Below are positions 12,855 through 27,090 of a stretch of DNA of 64,000 nt, piece by piece. The DNA is from Callorhinchus milii. Its lineage: Eukaryota. The stretch is from positions 88,848,001 to 88,912,000 of the forward strand of contig NW_024704742.1 in the NCBI RefSeq assembly GCF_018977255.1, in the 5' to 3' direction. The notes beneath the pieces were generated by a model. That model was not told the DNA's origin, did not search any database, and saw only the letters and a list, made by a program, of their open reading frames with translations. The position numbers and the translations under genes are program-made. The first letter of the stretch is position 1. Each line of letters opens with the position of its first letter.

Positions 12855-14149
12855 CTAAGAGAGAGTGAAGAACGAGCAACCATTATTCAAACAGCTAATT
12901 CCAATTGCACAACCTTTCTAATTAGTTCAGTTCACCTTTAGGTCAAGGAGGACTCAACAGTTCAGAGGATCAATTAATGCAGGCCAGAGGCTGACTTTCA
13001 GCAACATTCAAATGTTGGCTTACCACGGGCAGCTGTATCCCTCCCTTTATTTTACTGAGTACTTTTAAAATTGATGAAGACTCAGCAAATTCCTCAGCTA
13101 AAAATGGACACGTTTATGTATATTTGAATTCCTTCCATGTCGCCAGTGAACAGAAAAAAGCCTCCGCTGAAACGCTACAACGCTTTGGAGCTCAATCACT
13201 TTTATTTGTCTCCCTTCGTAACCTAACAACAAGGCCAATTATGCACAGTCATATATTAACTTGACAAGTCATATGCTGTGACTGCCACACTTGCGTGAGC
13301 TGTTTAAATTGTTCATGGGTTTTTGGGCCCAGTGGAGTACAAATGGGAGGGAGGGATGTGAGGCCCACAGAAGGAAATTGTTTTCTCTACTCATCAACAT
13401 CACATTTCTGTTGGAAGAGAAAGCAATTATAGTTTTATTCACACTAGGACACCATGATAAAGAGACCTCATAGTGAGAAGCCTGTTTCCTTTTCTGCAAC
13501 AGTTTACATAATTAATCACACAAAGCATTCTACTGCATCCTGATTCCTCTTGAATGCTGTAAATATATGGATTTTGTTGTTTTAGACCAATAAACTTTCT
13601 GTAAGTCATTGAGCACAGCGGGGGTATAGTCCAATATTTTCTCATTACTAGAAGTAAAAGGACCGCAAAGAGATGCTCATTCTTTTCTCCTATTTTACTA
13701 TTTCTAATAATTTTTTTATTAAAGGAGTATTATCATGGGGGATATATAGCTTGCAAATCCCCCCAAAAACTCCTACGTGCAAAAGCATCCAGTTCGGAGT
13801 ATTGATAACAGCAGCAGAATAGATTCCGTTCCTATGAGAGCGTCACACCCAATTTAGGACCATTGAATTGTAGTACAGAAAGAGGCCATTCAACCCATCA
13901 TAGTTGTATCATGTAATCTACTCTAATCAGGTATCCTTGTTTTTTACTCTCTATCCTTTTATAACTTCATTTGCCAAGTGTTCATCCAATTGTCTTTAAA
14001 TTATCTAATTGACTCAGCTTCAATAACCACTTGTGGTAACGCCTTCCACATCCTTATAACTCTGTGTAAAAAAAATCTCTCTATTCAGTGATAACGCCCA
14101 CAAAAAATACACAAAGTCACATCATTTTACAATAAATGTTGTGAGACAA

Positions 14150-15005
14150 TACAATACAAAATTACATTGTAAAGCTCCTTTCATGTTGGGAGGACATCCC
14201 AAGGTGGTCAACAGTCAGGGATTAGGATCCGAGCAGGGGGTTAGGATCAGGGAGAGTGGAGGGCAGGTGGGTGAAGGAGAGTGATCAAAGGTACGGTTGA
14301 AGAGGAGGGCCTTGAGATGAGTCTTGAAGGAGGCAAGGGAGGGAGCATGGTAAAGGGAATGTGGGATGGAGTTCCAGAGGATGGCGATAGAGAGGCTGAA
14401 AGCCCATACGCTGATGGTGGAGTGGGCCAGGCGGGGGACATGGAGCAGGCTGGAGTCTGCTGAGCAGAGTGAGTGGACAGGTTGATAAGGGGTTTGCAGG
14501 TTGGAGAAATAGGAGGGAACAAGGCCATGGAGTACCTTGCAGGTGAGGATGAGCATTTTGAATACGATCCTCTGAGGGATGGGGAGCCAGTGGAGCATGG
14601 TTTTGCATGTAGGAGCCAGGCGAGGGTGCTTGTGATGGGGTCACGGAGCCTGGAGCGAGAGAGGACATGAGCTGCAGAGTTCTGGATGATCTGCAGCTTG
14701 TGGAGGGAAGAATGGGGAGCCGACAAGCAGGGCATTGGCATAGTCGATCCTGGCTGAAACAAAAGCATATATGAGGGTTTCGGTGGCTTGAAGTGTGAGG
14801 AAGTGGCAGAGTCAGGCAATGTTGCGGAGCCGGTGGAAGGCAAAGCGGGTCATAGCATGGATGTGGAGGAGAAAGCACAGTTGAGGGTCGAAGAAGATGC
14901 TTAGGTTCCTGACTGGCTTGGTGAGGTGGAGTGTATATCCATGGATGCTGATGCTGCCGATATCTGAGGTGTGGAAGCACTAGCTCAAGCCAATCAGGAG
15001 AGTCT
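14150..15005 (-). mobile_element. Degraded L2 3' portion
   Basis: LHKLQIIQNSAAHVL and [18 protein letters not shown] translations. Stem-loop remnant near 14175-14205. Confidence 0.9.
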
Positions 15006-15069
15006 CGTTCTTGCCGTCTTTCAACTGTAGAATGTTTGCTTTGACAATCTAATAAAGGTTCCCTATCTT

Positions 15070-15400
15070 TTTTCTCTGGCATCTCGCTACCTCTCCGACC
15101 TCCTCACTTCCCTATCCACCACCCGGGGCCTCCGTCAACTAGCACCGGCCTTCTGCTTGTCCCTCACGCCCTCCGCTCAACCACTTGCATTCAGTCATTA
15201 CGCCCCAAAACTCTGGAACACTCTCCTTCAATCCGTCTGCCTTGCCCTCTTTCTCCCCTTTTCAAGTCCTGCTGAAAACCTTTTGTTTCGATGGTCACCT
15301 CCCCACCCAGCTCAGAGTCAGGCTCTACTACTGTTAAGCACTCCGAGATGCTATTCTGAGTGGAGGGCGCTAAAAAAGTGCAAGTTGTTGTTGTTTTTGT
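15070..15400 (+). mobile_element. Degraded L2 3' fragment
   Basis: AFSHYAPKLWNTL translation. Ends gagggcgctaaaaaagtgcaagttgttgttg. Confidence 0.8.
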
Positions 15401-15764
15401 AAAGCACTATATCAAATGTAAGGTTTACTATTATTTTTTTCTAATCTTGTGTTTACACAGTATCACCTCGTTACCAATTAACCAACTCGTGGAAATAAAT
15501 CAGAACAATTTATCTTTCTATTGCACCACTCACTTTGGATAATGTCTCTGAGCATTTCACAAGGATGGGGTTGAGGTTCAAGCAGGGGAGAGGAAAATGC
15601 TATACGTGTTCATAATTTTGTAGACATCAATTGGATCTGCTTTTAACCTTCTGTACTAGTGAATCCAACCCAGTTTATTAAGGTTTTATTATAATGTGGT
15701 ATATACTTTAATTTCATATCATCCTCGTGAAACCACCTTGCACCCTCATCACGGCTCTAATGTT

Positions 15765-16650
15765 CTTTCTACAGAATCAGCTTCCACCACTCTTTCAGGC
15801 AATGCATTTCAGATCCCAACTGTGTGAAAAAAAAATTGCTCACCTCCCCTCTGTTTCTTTTAACAACTATTTTAAATAGGTGTCCTCGGGTTACTGACCC
15901 ACCTGCCAGTGGAAATAGTTTCTCCTTGTTCACCCTATCGAATACCCTCATAATTTTGAAAACTCCTATTAAGTCTCCTCTTAACATTTTCTGCTCCAAG
16001 GAGAATAATCCTGGCTTCTCTAGCCTCTCCTGATAACTGAGGTCCCCCATTTCTGGTACCATCCTGGTAAATCTCCTTTGCACCCTCTCTAATATCTTGA
16101 CATCCTGGTGCCCAGAAATGAACACAGTACTCAGGCTGAGGCCTAACCAGTGTTTTATAAACGATTATCATAACTTCCTGACTTTTGTTCTTCTATGCCC
16201 CTAAAAACCTAGTAAGTATGCTTTTTTAACAGCTTTATCGTGATGCATTTAGGGAGGAGGAAGTTGGCAGGTAGATAAAGCTGTTAAAAAAGCATACTTA
16301 CTTGGAAATTGTACTCCCTATACCCAAGTCCAGGACATTTATATAGATCAAAAACAGCAGTGGTCCCAATACCGACCCCTGGGGGATACCACTGCACACT
16401 TCCCTCCAGTCAGAAAAGCAACTGTTCACCAGAACTCTCTGCTTTCTGTCTCCCAGACAGTTCTGTATCCATACTGCCACTGTCCCTTTAATACAAGTCT
16501 CTTATGTGGCACTTTATCAAATGCCTTTTGAAAATCCATGAAAACTACATCAACTGCACTACCTAAATCCACCCTCTCCGTTACTTCATCAAAAAACTCT
16601 GTCAGGTTTGTTAGACATGATTTGCTTTCAACAAATCTGTTTGCTCTGAA
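15765..16650 (-). mobile_element. Degraded CR1 LINE RT/3' region with internal inverted duplication
   Basis: [63 protein letters not shown] translations. Confidence 0.93.
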
Positions 16651-17649
16651 ATAGTTTGCTCTGATATAATTTACAAATAATTTGAAGGTCAGCATTAGAT
16701 CAAAGTTGTTTTCACTAAATTAACAGCAGTGGAAAATGATGAAAGTGAATGTTACATATATTTAGAATCAGCTGACAAAGCTAAAGTGAGGGCAGGTAGG
16801 TGGAGGATGCAGTTTAATGTAAAAATATAATACTATGAAATTCAGCAGAAGGAAGAGTGGTGTAAAATTGTTCACTGAATGAAAACATATTCATGCACAA
16901 AGACACAATCACTGCACTTTACAGTATATTTTGGGACGTTCTCATGATGTGAAAGGTGATATACCCAATGTAAGGATATTTATTATATTTTATTGTATTA
17001 AAACAATAGGGAGATTTGGGGATTTTAGTGGACAGATCACTAAAACTATTGATATAGTCTTACCAGGTAGTTATAGCCAAGGGTGCAACACATAGGTGAA
17101 TAGAGATGATTTGAAAATGTAATGTAACCTTGACAATGTATATCAATACTGCTTCAAGTTTTAGTCTTCTTATTGCAAGAGATCATTTAGCTGTTGGAGG
17201 GACTACTAGGTTAACTGATGAATTGATTATATATATTCATTATAGGGATAGAGCATTGAAGAAAAAATAGCTACCCAATGATATTTCTGTTGCTACAAAA
17301 GAGACTGCTGAGTGACTGGATAAATATATTTAAGATTATTAAACTGTAAAATTTAGTGCCAGTAATTTATTCTGCAAAAATCAAGAACATAGGTTTAAAT
17401 TGCTCTGAGGTATTACACCATATGAAGGGCACTATATAAATGCAAGTTGTTATATTATCAAAATATGGACAACAAAGAAAGTAGGAAATGCATAAAAATA
17501 AATATTTAGTAAAAGGATGAACAGACTGGAACAACGAACTACAAAAAGTTTCACGAACCAGCTGATCAAGTTCCCACTGACCAAAGGAATTTAGGGTTAC
17601 TGTTTAAAATCGGAATAGATCAAGATCTTTGCACTTACAGATTTAGGTT

Positions 17650-17960
17650 ACATGCTGGCTCCTCCCTATCTCTCCAACCTGCTCATACTGCACTCCACAG
17701 CCCACCCCATTGCTTCTATGTGTCCTGCATCCTCACCGCTCCACCATTGTAGGCTTTCAGTCACTAGGCCCTGAAACTTTGGAACACTCAACTTCAATTC
17801 CTCCACCTTGTCACCTCCTTGCCTGCCTATTGTACATGAAGACCTACCTCTTTGACTGTGCTTGTGGTCACCCCTCTTCTCTGTCTGGCTCAGCAAAACA
17901 TTCCTCCACTGTTAAGTGCTACAAGATGCTGCCCAAGTGAAATGCAAGTTGTTGCTATTG
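17650..17960 (+). mobile_element. Highly degraded L2 3' fragment
   Basis: ccctatctctccaacctgct ... tggaacactc ... aagacctacctctttgactgtgc ... aatgcaagttgttg. Confidence 0.7.
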
Positions 17961-18369
17961 GATATATATATTGAAGGAATCCTGTGGATGGGTCAACTAG
18001 TGACCCAATGGTCTGCTCCTGCCTGAAATGTAGCTTTTATAGTTGCTGTAATGTCAAAACATTTCAAAGCACTTTACAGCAAATACTATATTTTCACATG
18101 TGGGGATTGCTTTTCGATAAGCAAATGCATCAATGATTTTGCACACTTTTTTTGAATATATATTTATTAGTAAATATAGTGTTTGGTACAACAAGCAACT
18201 CAAAAACAACACACAGTACAACATATTTTGTTACATTTTTTCCCATGTTTCCCAATACAAAACATTCCATTCTTTACTTTACATTCCCTTTTTTTGGGGC
18301 CGCTGTTCTATACGGTGAGCATCCCCTGATGTTGGCCTGTGTGCGGGTGGGACCCTCGCCTGTTGGCTT

Positions 18370-18720
18370 TAGCGCTGCTGTCAGCATGGCCAGCACAGCA
18401 ATGACCCATAACTCGGTATCTGGTGAATGACTATATTAATCAAGAGAATTATCGGTTAGTATACGGGAGAAACTCTCTTCTCCTTTCAAATAGTTTTGTG
18501 GGATCTTTAACGACCACTTAAAACAGGCAGATGGGACTTTGGTTTAATATCTCATCTGTATTCCATCACCACGAACAAAGCATCACTCCTCCAACATGGT
18601 ATAATTCCTCTAATATTACACTGGATTATTATTAGCCTGTGAGCTCACATCTAGGCCTGGGCGTGACTCCAAATTCTTCTAACTCAGAAACAGGAGTGCT
18701 ACCAACTGAACCACACTACT
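18370..18720 (-). mobile_element. Degraded Deu-domain SINE
   Basis: Reverse complements of the Deu core (gggatctttaacgaccacttaaaacaggcagatggg) and of the tRNA head (gagtgctaccaactgaacc). Confidence 0.65.
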
Positions 18721-19632
18721 CCAGAGTGTGTGTTCTTGATCTCATACATGCTGTGAAATCTTTACTGCAATTTTACTCAGTTTTAGGTCTGTTCTTTCTG
18801 AGCAGTGCTTTTCATCACTGGAGATTCATATACTCCATATTACGGTTTTGATTATGTTCATCCTGAAGGAATAACGATCTTGATTTTATTACTGAATGTT
18901 TATTGAGAAATAATTTGTAATTGATTACAGGGAAACTCAGCAAGCAGCATATACGATAAGCCATTAATCACTTACCAACTTTGGCTTTAGTTAGCTGCAT
19001 AATATAAATGGGCGGTTATTGACATTTCCATCAATGGACCTGATTTTCTCATTACCCTTGGCTCCTCTTTTGTTTCACTCTGCAACTTTGGGTTTGTAAA
19101 GGGATAATGTGTATCTAGAACAATAATGTTCATCAGCCGTTTTATTATTTGGAACTGGAGAGGGATCAGCCTAGCACTGTGTCACTTTGTCATAATCACA
19201 GGCGTGTGCAAAATGCATTGTTGGATTGCATGTTCATAAACAAATTAAATATTCCTTGCCAAACACTTTTTTCATTAAGGCGATTATCCCTTTAACATTC
19301 AGAGTACTGAATATTTCCAGAACAACAACAACAATTTACATTGACCTTTTACATTGGGAGGATATCTCAAAGTGCTTCACACAGGCTACTGGATAGTAAG
19401 TTGGGGAAGGAAGAGTTGTGGGGGTGGGGGGAATGTGGCCAAAAGCACAGTTGAAAATATAGGTTTTACACAAGTTTTATCCATATAGAGGTTTATAAGA
19501 ATTTTAATTGGATTAAGAAAGTAAACCTGGAACAACATAAATACATTGAGATAGTAAAACAAGAGGACACAAGTTTAGGTTTAAAAAGGGTAATTTCAGG
19601 ACAGACATCAGAAAGTATTTACTTTTTCTGTA

Positions 19633-19943
19633 CTTCGGATGAGATGTTAAACTGAGGTCCCTTCTGCCTGTTCAGGTGGACGTTAAAGATCCCATGGAAC
19701 AGTTCAAAAAGAGAAGGGAGTTTCTCCTGGTGTTCTGGTTGGCAATCCCCCAAATAAAATTGGTCATTCACTTCATGAATGTTTGTGAGACACTGTTGTA
19801 CACAAATTGGCTGGCGCATTCACCCCCAAATACACAATAACTCTACTTCACAGTAAAATCATGTGAAGCACTTTGGGACATCCTGCTGACATGAAGGAAC
19901 TAAACCAAATACATGGATTATAATAATAATCATTATTATTATT
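19633..19943 (+). mobile_element. Deu-domain SINE, 3' two-thirds
   Basis: ttcggatgagatgttaaactgaggtcccttctgcctgttcaggtggacgttaaagatcccatgg matches the DeuSINE core as I recall it (AmnSINE1/SacSINE1 type). L2-type tail. Confidence 0.8.
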
Positions 19944-20784
19944 ATCCAGAGAGTTATTACCAACTGGAACTGGTTGAGGCTGGGATTCATTTAAACAAAA
20001 CAGCTTGATGCTATGATGGGACGATTGTAGGATGGGTGTTCTCGAAGGATGAGATGAAATGGGCCAAAGGTCCTCCTTCATTCAAACCAGTCTTGTGATC
20101 TTGTGATACCAGTTTAACCAATTGAAAAATCTGTGAGCCACAAAGTCAGCGCATAACCATTGAATAACTCAATCAGCATCTGGATGCATTGGTGAGTAGT
20201 GTTGGGGATAGGCTTCAAAGATGGACCAATTGATAATTAACTGGCTGCAGTTAACACTATCAGTGTTAATTTACACATCTAACATTGCTTCTCACCTCTA
20301 TTAACATTCAAATTGGAAAAGTTAATTGAGGTCACCCAAAAAGTTTATTTTTTCCAAAGAAAACAGGCTTAACTTATCAATTTGATTCTTGATTCTTACA
20401 ATCCTTTTTTGTAACAGTGAGAAACTCAAGTGAAGGACATTGTGATGATGAAATCAAGTCTTCCCTTCTTCATACAATCTTACAGGTTTGATGGCTAACT
20501 ACTGCCCGTTGATTTATCTCCTTTTCTTTCCTACAATTTTCATCCTTGTTAGTGTCCTTCACCCAGGCTTATCATTTTTTTATAAAAAGGCAGGAAAGAA
20601 AACAAAATAAATCAAGAAATAATGGTTAGATGACTCCGCATAGGCGAAAAGGGAGACCGAGGATGGTAAAGAGTTTCACAGTCACAAGGTCCTGGAAAGT
20701 AATGAGTTAGGTGGAAAAATAATTGTTTTATGCTGCACTTATTATCCTTACTATAATTAGATGACCTCAAGTCTTTAACTTAAG

Positions 20785-21500
20785 TGTCAGCATAATGCAC
20801 TTGGCAGCACTCTTGCCTCTGGGTCAGAAGCGAGCCCCACATCGGGAATTTAGAGCTCATATAGTTTTGGCTGATATTTCAATGTTCTGGGGTATACTGC
20901 ATTGTTGGAGGTTCTTTCCTTCATATGAAATGTTAAACCAAGGTTGCATTTGTTTGCTCAAGTGGGTGTTAAAGAACCTATAGCACAATTTGTGAATCAG
21001 TATCCCATGACAAAAATCAGATCAACACGATAAAACTGGTCATTCACTTCATTGTGTTGGAGTACTCACCTCGCAAGCGAGAGACCTGGGTTCCATTCCT
21101 GGCATAGCAGAACCTCGGGCAAGTTTCCTTACTCCACACACCTCTGTTTACCTAGCAGTAAGTAGAAACTTGGTTGTTAGTCGATTGTTGGATCGCTTTT
21201 CCGGAGATAATAATCCCTAAAAACAAAAATAATAATAATTTGGTCACTCAATCCACAACTGTTTGTAGGACACTGCTGTGCTCAATTGGCTGCCAAGTTT
21301 CGCCCACAAATATACACTTTAATTCACTTTCAGTCCATTCACTTTACAGTATATTCTGTGAAGCCCTTTGAGATGTCTAGAAGATGTGATAAGGCACTAT
21401 GTCAAACGCAAGGATAATTATTATTATTGTTTGTGGGACATTGTGTGTGAACTGGATGCCATGTTCACTTAAAAAATATTATACTTTACAGTAAATTGGT
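20785..21500 (+). mobile_element. Old Deu-domain SINE interrupted by a younger tRNA-Ala-type SINE (about 21062-21428)
   Basis: Host breaks at ggtcattcacttcattg and resumes at tgtttgtgggacattg. Insert has a partial tRNA head, gggcaagtttccttactccacac and a (TTA)n tail. Confidence 0.8.
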
Positions 21501-22149
21501 GAACATTAAAAATTCCATGACACTATTCAGTCAATAGAAACTTGCTGAGAAAGTTCCAGCAGAAGTTGTAGATGAGTCTCATTAGTATTCAACTTACATT
21601 GTCTTGTTTCAAGCCTGCTTCTATCATATTTTAAAGATCTAGATCATAACTTCTCTCAAAAGTCTTTTACTCCAATGAAAATAAGTTCCACTCTGTTGCT
21701 CTGTCCTCCAAACCTAGAGCTCTAAGACCACGTACCATTCCTGTTCTTTGAAAACACTGAAAAGCATCGCAATTATTTTGAAGGTAGGATGTGCAAAATT
21801 ATACACAATATTTTGAATGTGGCCTCACCAGAGTTCTGTACAAGGTTAAAATAACCTCTTTCAACGTATAACTAAATGCCCTCAAGATAGATTCAAGGAT
21901 TTGATTAGTTTTGCTGATAGCAACCTCACATTGAATGGAAACTTTGAATCAGGGGTCAGAACTGTAGTGATGTTTTGAATTTTTGAAATATTTTGCAGGA
22001 GAAGTAAAAACTGAACAACAACTGTGTAAAAAAAATGTTTTGTACTTGCTATGAAGAGGATAATTATGTTTAGGAAAAAAAAGTCACTAAAAATAAAGAA
22101 TGTGTTAATATTGAGCAGAGCACGACAGCAATAGATTACCCACTTACAT

Positions 22150-22525
22150 GCCATGACCCGTTTTGCCTTCCCCCACCTCTGCAACATCGCCCAGCTCTGC
22201 CACTGCCTCTCCCTTCAGGCAGCCAAGAACCTCATCCATGCATTTGTCACATCTCGGCTCGACGACACCAACTCTCTGCTCGTCGGGCTTCCCAACTCTT
22301 CCCTCCACAAGCTGCAGATCATTCAGAACTCTGCAGCTCGTGTCCTCTCCCGCACCAGGCTCCGTGATCCTATAACCCCCAACCTCACCCAGCGCCACTG
22401 GCTTCCCAATCCAAGATGATAAAGTACCAAATCCTCACCTTCAAGACCCTCCACGGCCTTGCTCCTTTCTATCTCTGTGACCAGCTAACGCCATTATCAA
22501 CCCGTCAGCACCCTCCGCTCAGCAT
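22150..22525 (+). mobile_element. L2 C-terminal fragment
   Basis: [50 protein letters not shown]. Confidence 0.9.
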
Positions 22526-25279
22526 GCCATTTGACTTTGCAGGTGATAGTCTGTGTTTTGTTAATTACTTCAAGCTGCAGAAGCAGCCTGTCAGAAAGAA
22601 AGAAATTGCATGTTCAGAGCACCATATCAAGTTTAAAAGTTTTATAGTGCTTCACACATAATTACTGCAAAGGGTCATGACTGTATTTGTCACCATTGAG
22701 TATAGTGAATAGATAACTTTCTGTCAGCAGTGGCATTGTCTTTCACTTGAAGAACCCTCAGCCCGTGACTGTCGTCTCTGGTTACATTTCCTTTTAAAAA
22801 TGCTCAGTTTTTGTTATCTCTTCAGCCGTGACTACTTATTTAAACTGTTATCATCAGTAGTTTGGTCCCTGCAGGTGCACATTTTATTGTGTGTAAATGT
22901 CTCTGGGTTCACTGTTTCACAATGAAGACATTCTGTATGTGTTACTCTTACATGATAAGGAACTGAAGCCATGTCTCACTGGTATTTGCCATCCTGCAGA
23001 TCTTCCATCAATAATTCAGGCAACGCATCACACAGAGGGAAACGTAAAGATCAGAAGGTTCAGCTCCGTAATTGCTTCTGACAAAATTTAATTTGTCCCA
23101 TATGGCACTGGAACATTCTTGTCAAGGTGTGTTTGCAGTCACTTTTGAACATCAAACACAACCAACTCCTCAGCTGAACAAAAAAAGTTTGGATTTAAGA
23201 AGAAAGTATTTTATTTTGAGGAGTGTGGTGGGACGAATATGTTTAAACTACATTTAAAACAAGTAAGATATCATTCCTGGGAAATGTATGCCTGATACCA
23301 TTTTTATGTTTTGTGATTTTTCCCACTCTTAATATTATTTGAATCCTTAGGCAAGTTTCCTTCTCCAAATACCTCCATTTACCAAGTAGTAAGTAGGAAC
23401 CCGGTTGTTAGTCAATTGGCGGATTTGTCACATCTTGGGGTAATGATTTATGCCATTGTAGTTAGCAAGTTGTCTAGTATTCTCGGATATTCCTTGACAC
23501 CAGGTTACACAGCTTGCTACCTAGGGGTATGGTTGCTGTGTTGGCAGCAGCGTCTGCACGATAAAAAAATTCATGCTCACAATTTGTGAACGGTCATCTA
23601 CGGATACAAATGGGTAAATATTATTATTTTGGTCCATAAATTATCAATGGGTAATTGTGATTTTAAAAAGCCAGTGTTCAAATCCTTCTGAATGAGGTTA
23701 AATACTGTGTCCTGCACCAAACTGGTTAAAAAAGGGACTTTGGTTAAATAGCACTTTTCTTCTGCTTCAGAAATGCTAATTGCTGAATGGAAATTAGCTC
23801 GAAATCGATGGTCTATCCAACAGAGTTCAGAGCCACAGTGAGCATTCTAAGCAGCTGTTATCCACTGAAGATCAATCATTTAAAAGGAAGCGTATCAATA
23901 AGTATTCTCTTTTCAAATGTAGAATTGTGGTTAACTTTAACATCCTTTTGATTCTGTGTTTCTCGTTTCTCATGATATAAATACATCTATACATTTAAAA
24001 TGTATACAATTGTTGAGCCCTGATGACATTGCCATGGGAACTGGCTTGAAGAAGTCACTGAACTGACAATCTGAAGGACCTGAAATAGCATAGACACAGC
24101 TGAGCTGACAAGATTGCTGACACTCCCTGCATTAATGATGGCAGGTACTAATTGTAACTCAGCTTCCTCATGTTATCGTGCTCAGTAAATCCTTACAGCC
24201 AGTTTCCTCCGAGTTTAATCACACGCTGATCTCGAACACTACTAACCTTTGTTGTTAAGTGTTTATAATTGGAAATCCGTTGATAGTGATTACACTCGGG
24301 ATGGACCCGCATTATTAGTTATCTCTATATTTTATTTCATCAGTGAAGGAGACCATGCAATTGAAGAGCACAAGCGCCACAACTCACTACTGAATTTTTC
24401 TTCACAAATGGAATCAAGTATTGAATATCTTTATATGGAGCATACCTGAATGATGTTGGACTTATACAGGATTCTGGCCCAATTCGCTTATGGTTACGGA
24501 TGCAGCAAAGGACATCTTGGCATTCACGAAGTGTGTGTAGGGTGGGGGGAGGCGTGGCGTTGGGGTGGGTGGCAGGGATGCAAAAGTTGGGAAATGAGAA
24601 ATGAGAGGGATCTTATGAAATTTTCAGAATCCTAAAGGATATAAAGAAACTGATACTTAAATATATGTTTAACATGGCCAACAAATCTAGATAATATAAT
24701 AATATAATAATCCTTGCATTTGATATAATGCCCTATCACGCCTTTGAGACGTCTCAAAGCTCTCAAACTCTCAAAGTGAATCGACTGTATATTGTATGTG
24801 TGCAGATACATATGGTCAGCAAATCTAGACCAAGCGGGATATAGACTCAAGCTCAGAGAAGGTGAATAATAAATTCTGATTTAATTAATTATGTTACCCA
24901 GAGAGGGCTGATGATAGGTCATCAAGGTGTCTCAAAGCGCTTCATAGGATTTACTGTAAAGTGCAATGACTGTGTATTTGTAGGCAAAGGTGAGAGCCAA
25001 TTTGCGTACTGCAATGTCTCACAAACAGCTATGAGTGAGTGACCAGTTATTTATTTTGGGGGATTGCTGGCCAGAACACCGGAAGAAGCTCTCTTCTCTT
25101 TTGATCAGTGTGATCTCGATGATTGTTGGCCAGGATACTGGAGAAAACTCACAAAGTGTGCCCATGTGAAAATCATTGGCACACTCTGGGACCCTGCCCT
25201 GCATGAGGGGCGCTATATGAATGCACGTTACAGTAGTAGTAGAAAATCAGATGCGAATAGGATCTGACCCCATCGTTTC

Positions 25280-26065
25280 TACCCAACATCTACCCTCTCC
25301 CGCACCAGGCTCCATGACCCTATCATCCCCATCCTTGCCCAGCTCCACTGGCTTCCCATCACACAGAGGATACAGTTTAAGAACCTCGTCCTCATCTTCA
25401 AAACCCTCCATGGCTTCGGTCTCCCCTACCTCTGCGAACACCTAACCCCCTACCATCTTGCTTGCTACCTCTGCTCAGCGGGCTCCGGCCTGCTTCACGT
25501 CCCCTGCCTCGCTCACCCCACCTTTGGCGGGCAGGCCTTCTACCACCACCACCACCAACAACAACAACAACTTGGATTTATATAGCACTCTCCACGCCGG
25601 ATGGCGTCTCAGAGCCCTTCACTGTGACGGATCCTGGGGCCGAGCCAGGGGGAAGGGTGAAGAAGGTGACCAAAGGCGCGGTCGAAAAGAAAGAAAGGTC
25701 TTCAGCAGAGACCTGAAAATGGGAAGGGAGGGAGCGAGACGAAGGGAGTGAGGAAGGGAGTTCCAGAGCCTCGGGGCATAGTGGCTGAAGGCACAGCCGC
25801 CGAGCGTGGAGCAGAGCACTCTGCCCCCACCCTCTGGAACTCCATCCCGCAGTCCCTCCGCTTCGCTCCCTCCCTTGTCTCCTTCAAGACCCATCTCAAG
25901 ACCCTCCTCTTTGACCGTGCTTTCGATCACCCTGCTTCCCCACTGCCCTCCACCCTCCCCGATCCCAAACCCCAGCTCGGATCCGAAACTCTGACTGTCC
26001 AGCACCTTGGAACATCCTCCCGATGTGAAAGGTGCTATACAAAGGTAATTTTGTTGTTTTGTTGT
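25280..26065 (+). mobile_element. L2 3' fragment split by an antisense L2 3' fragment of another subfamily (about 25545-25815)
   Basis: Host stops at gcaggccttc and resumes at ctctgcccccaccctctggaactcc. Insert has a (CAA)n tail and its own stem-loop. Confidence 0.88.
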
Positions 26066-26597
26066 GATACCGTCCGTGGCCAGGTGAGTCGCTTGATGAT
26101 ACTCACTGTCTAGGTTTACCTATGCAGTCTGGCCAAATAGATAAGATACTGGAGAGGTGCCAGACTCCTGGCAACGATCAATGCTTTCAGCAGATATTAA
26201 GGCTCTAACAAGGCAAGTTATGCACGTTAATGGTGCTAATTATGTTACTGAATGTGTCAGTTTTAAGTTAAGCTTCTGCGTTTCAGGAATTACAACATTC
26301 CCAGAAGGGTGGTAATTGAAGGAGTTTACCACAACATAGCTTTCCTGAAGATCCTTAAAGGAGAAGCAACATCCAGAAGGAGTACTTCATGTTGAAGATT
26401 TTCTCTAGATATGGAATAAATATCATTTAATATACACTTCTATTTTGCTCTTAGTGGGGAATTTTCACGTTTAGTACAGCCTCAGGATCTGGAGATGCCA
26501 AGGCATTTGGATAACATATGTTAAGGGGAGTCTGGTACATTATGGAGAAACTATGGGTTTTTGGACCGGGCTGATCTGACTATTGCACAGATCAGTA

Positions 26598-27090
26598 TGT
26601 GGCAGCCTGACTCAGTTGGTAGCTCTCTCAGCTTTGAGTCAGAAAATTGTGGGTTCAAGCCTCACTTCACGGCTTGAAATCACATAATCTGCAACAACAA
26701 CTTACATTTATATAGCACCCTTCATGCGGGGTAGTGTCCTGGAACATCCCGGAGTCTAGGAAGTGCTGGGGGTGCACTGCGTGATTCGAGGTGATATCTT
26801 TTAGCTCAGACATTAGGTTCCGTCTGTCTGTTCAGGTGGACATTGAAGATCCCATGGCATTATTCCAAAAAAGAAGGGTATTTACTGTCTCCTGGCCAAT
26901 AATCCCCCCAAAATAACAATTGCTCATTCACTTCATGGCTGTTTATGGGACATTGCTGTGTAAAAATTGGCTGCTTCATTTGCCTACAAAAATACAGTCA
27001 GTACCCTTTGTAGCAAATGCTGTGAAGTCCTTTGAGATGTCCTCCAGACATGAAGAGTGCAATATCAAATGTAAGGATTGTTGTTGTTAG
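26598..27090 (+). mobile_element. Near full-length old Deu-domain tRNA-SINE with a small L2-tail insert
   Basis: A box gactcagttgg, B box gggttcaagcc, Deu core ctgttcaggtggacattgaagatcccatggca, L2-type tail. Confidence 0.82.
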
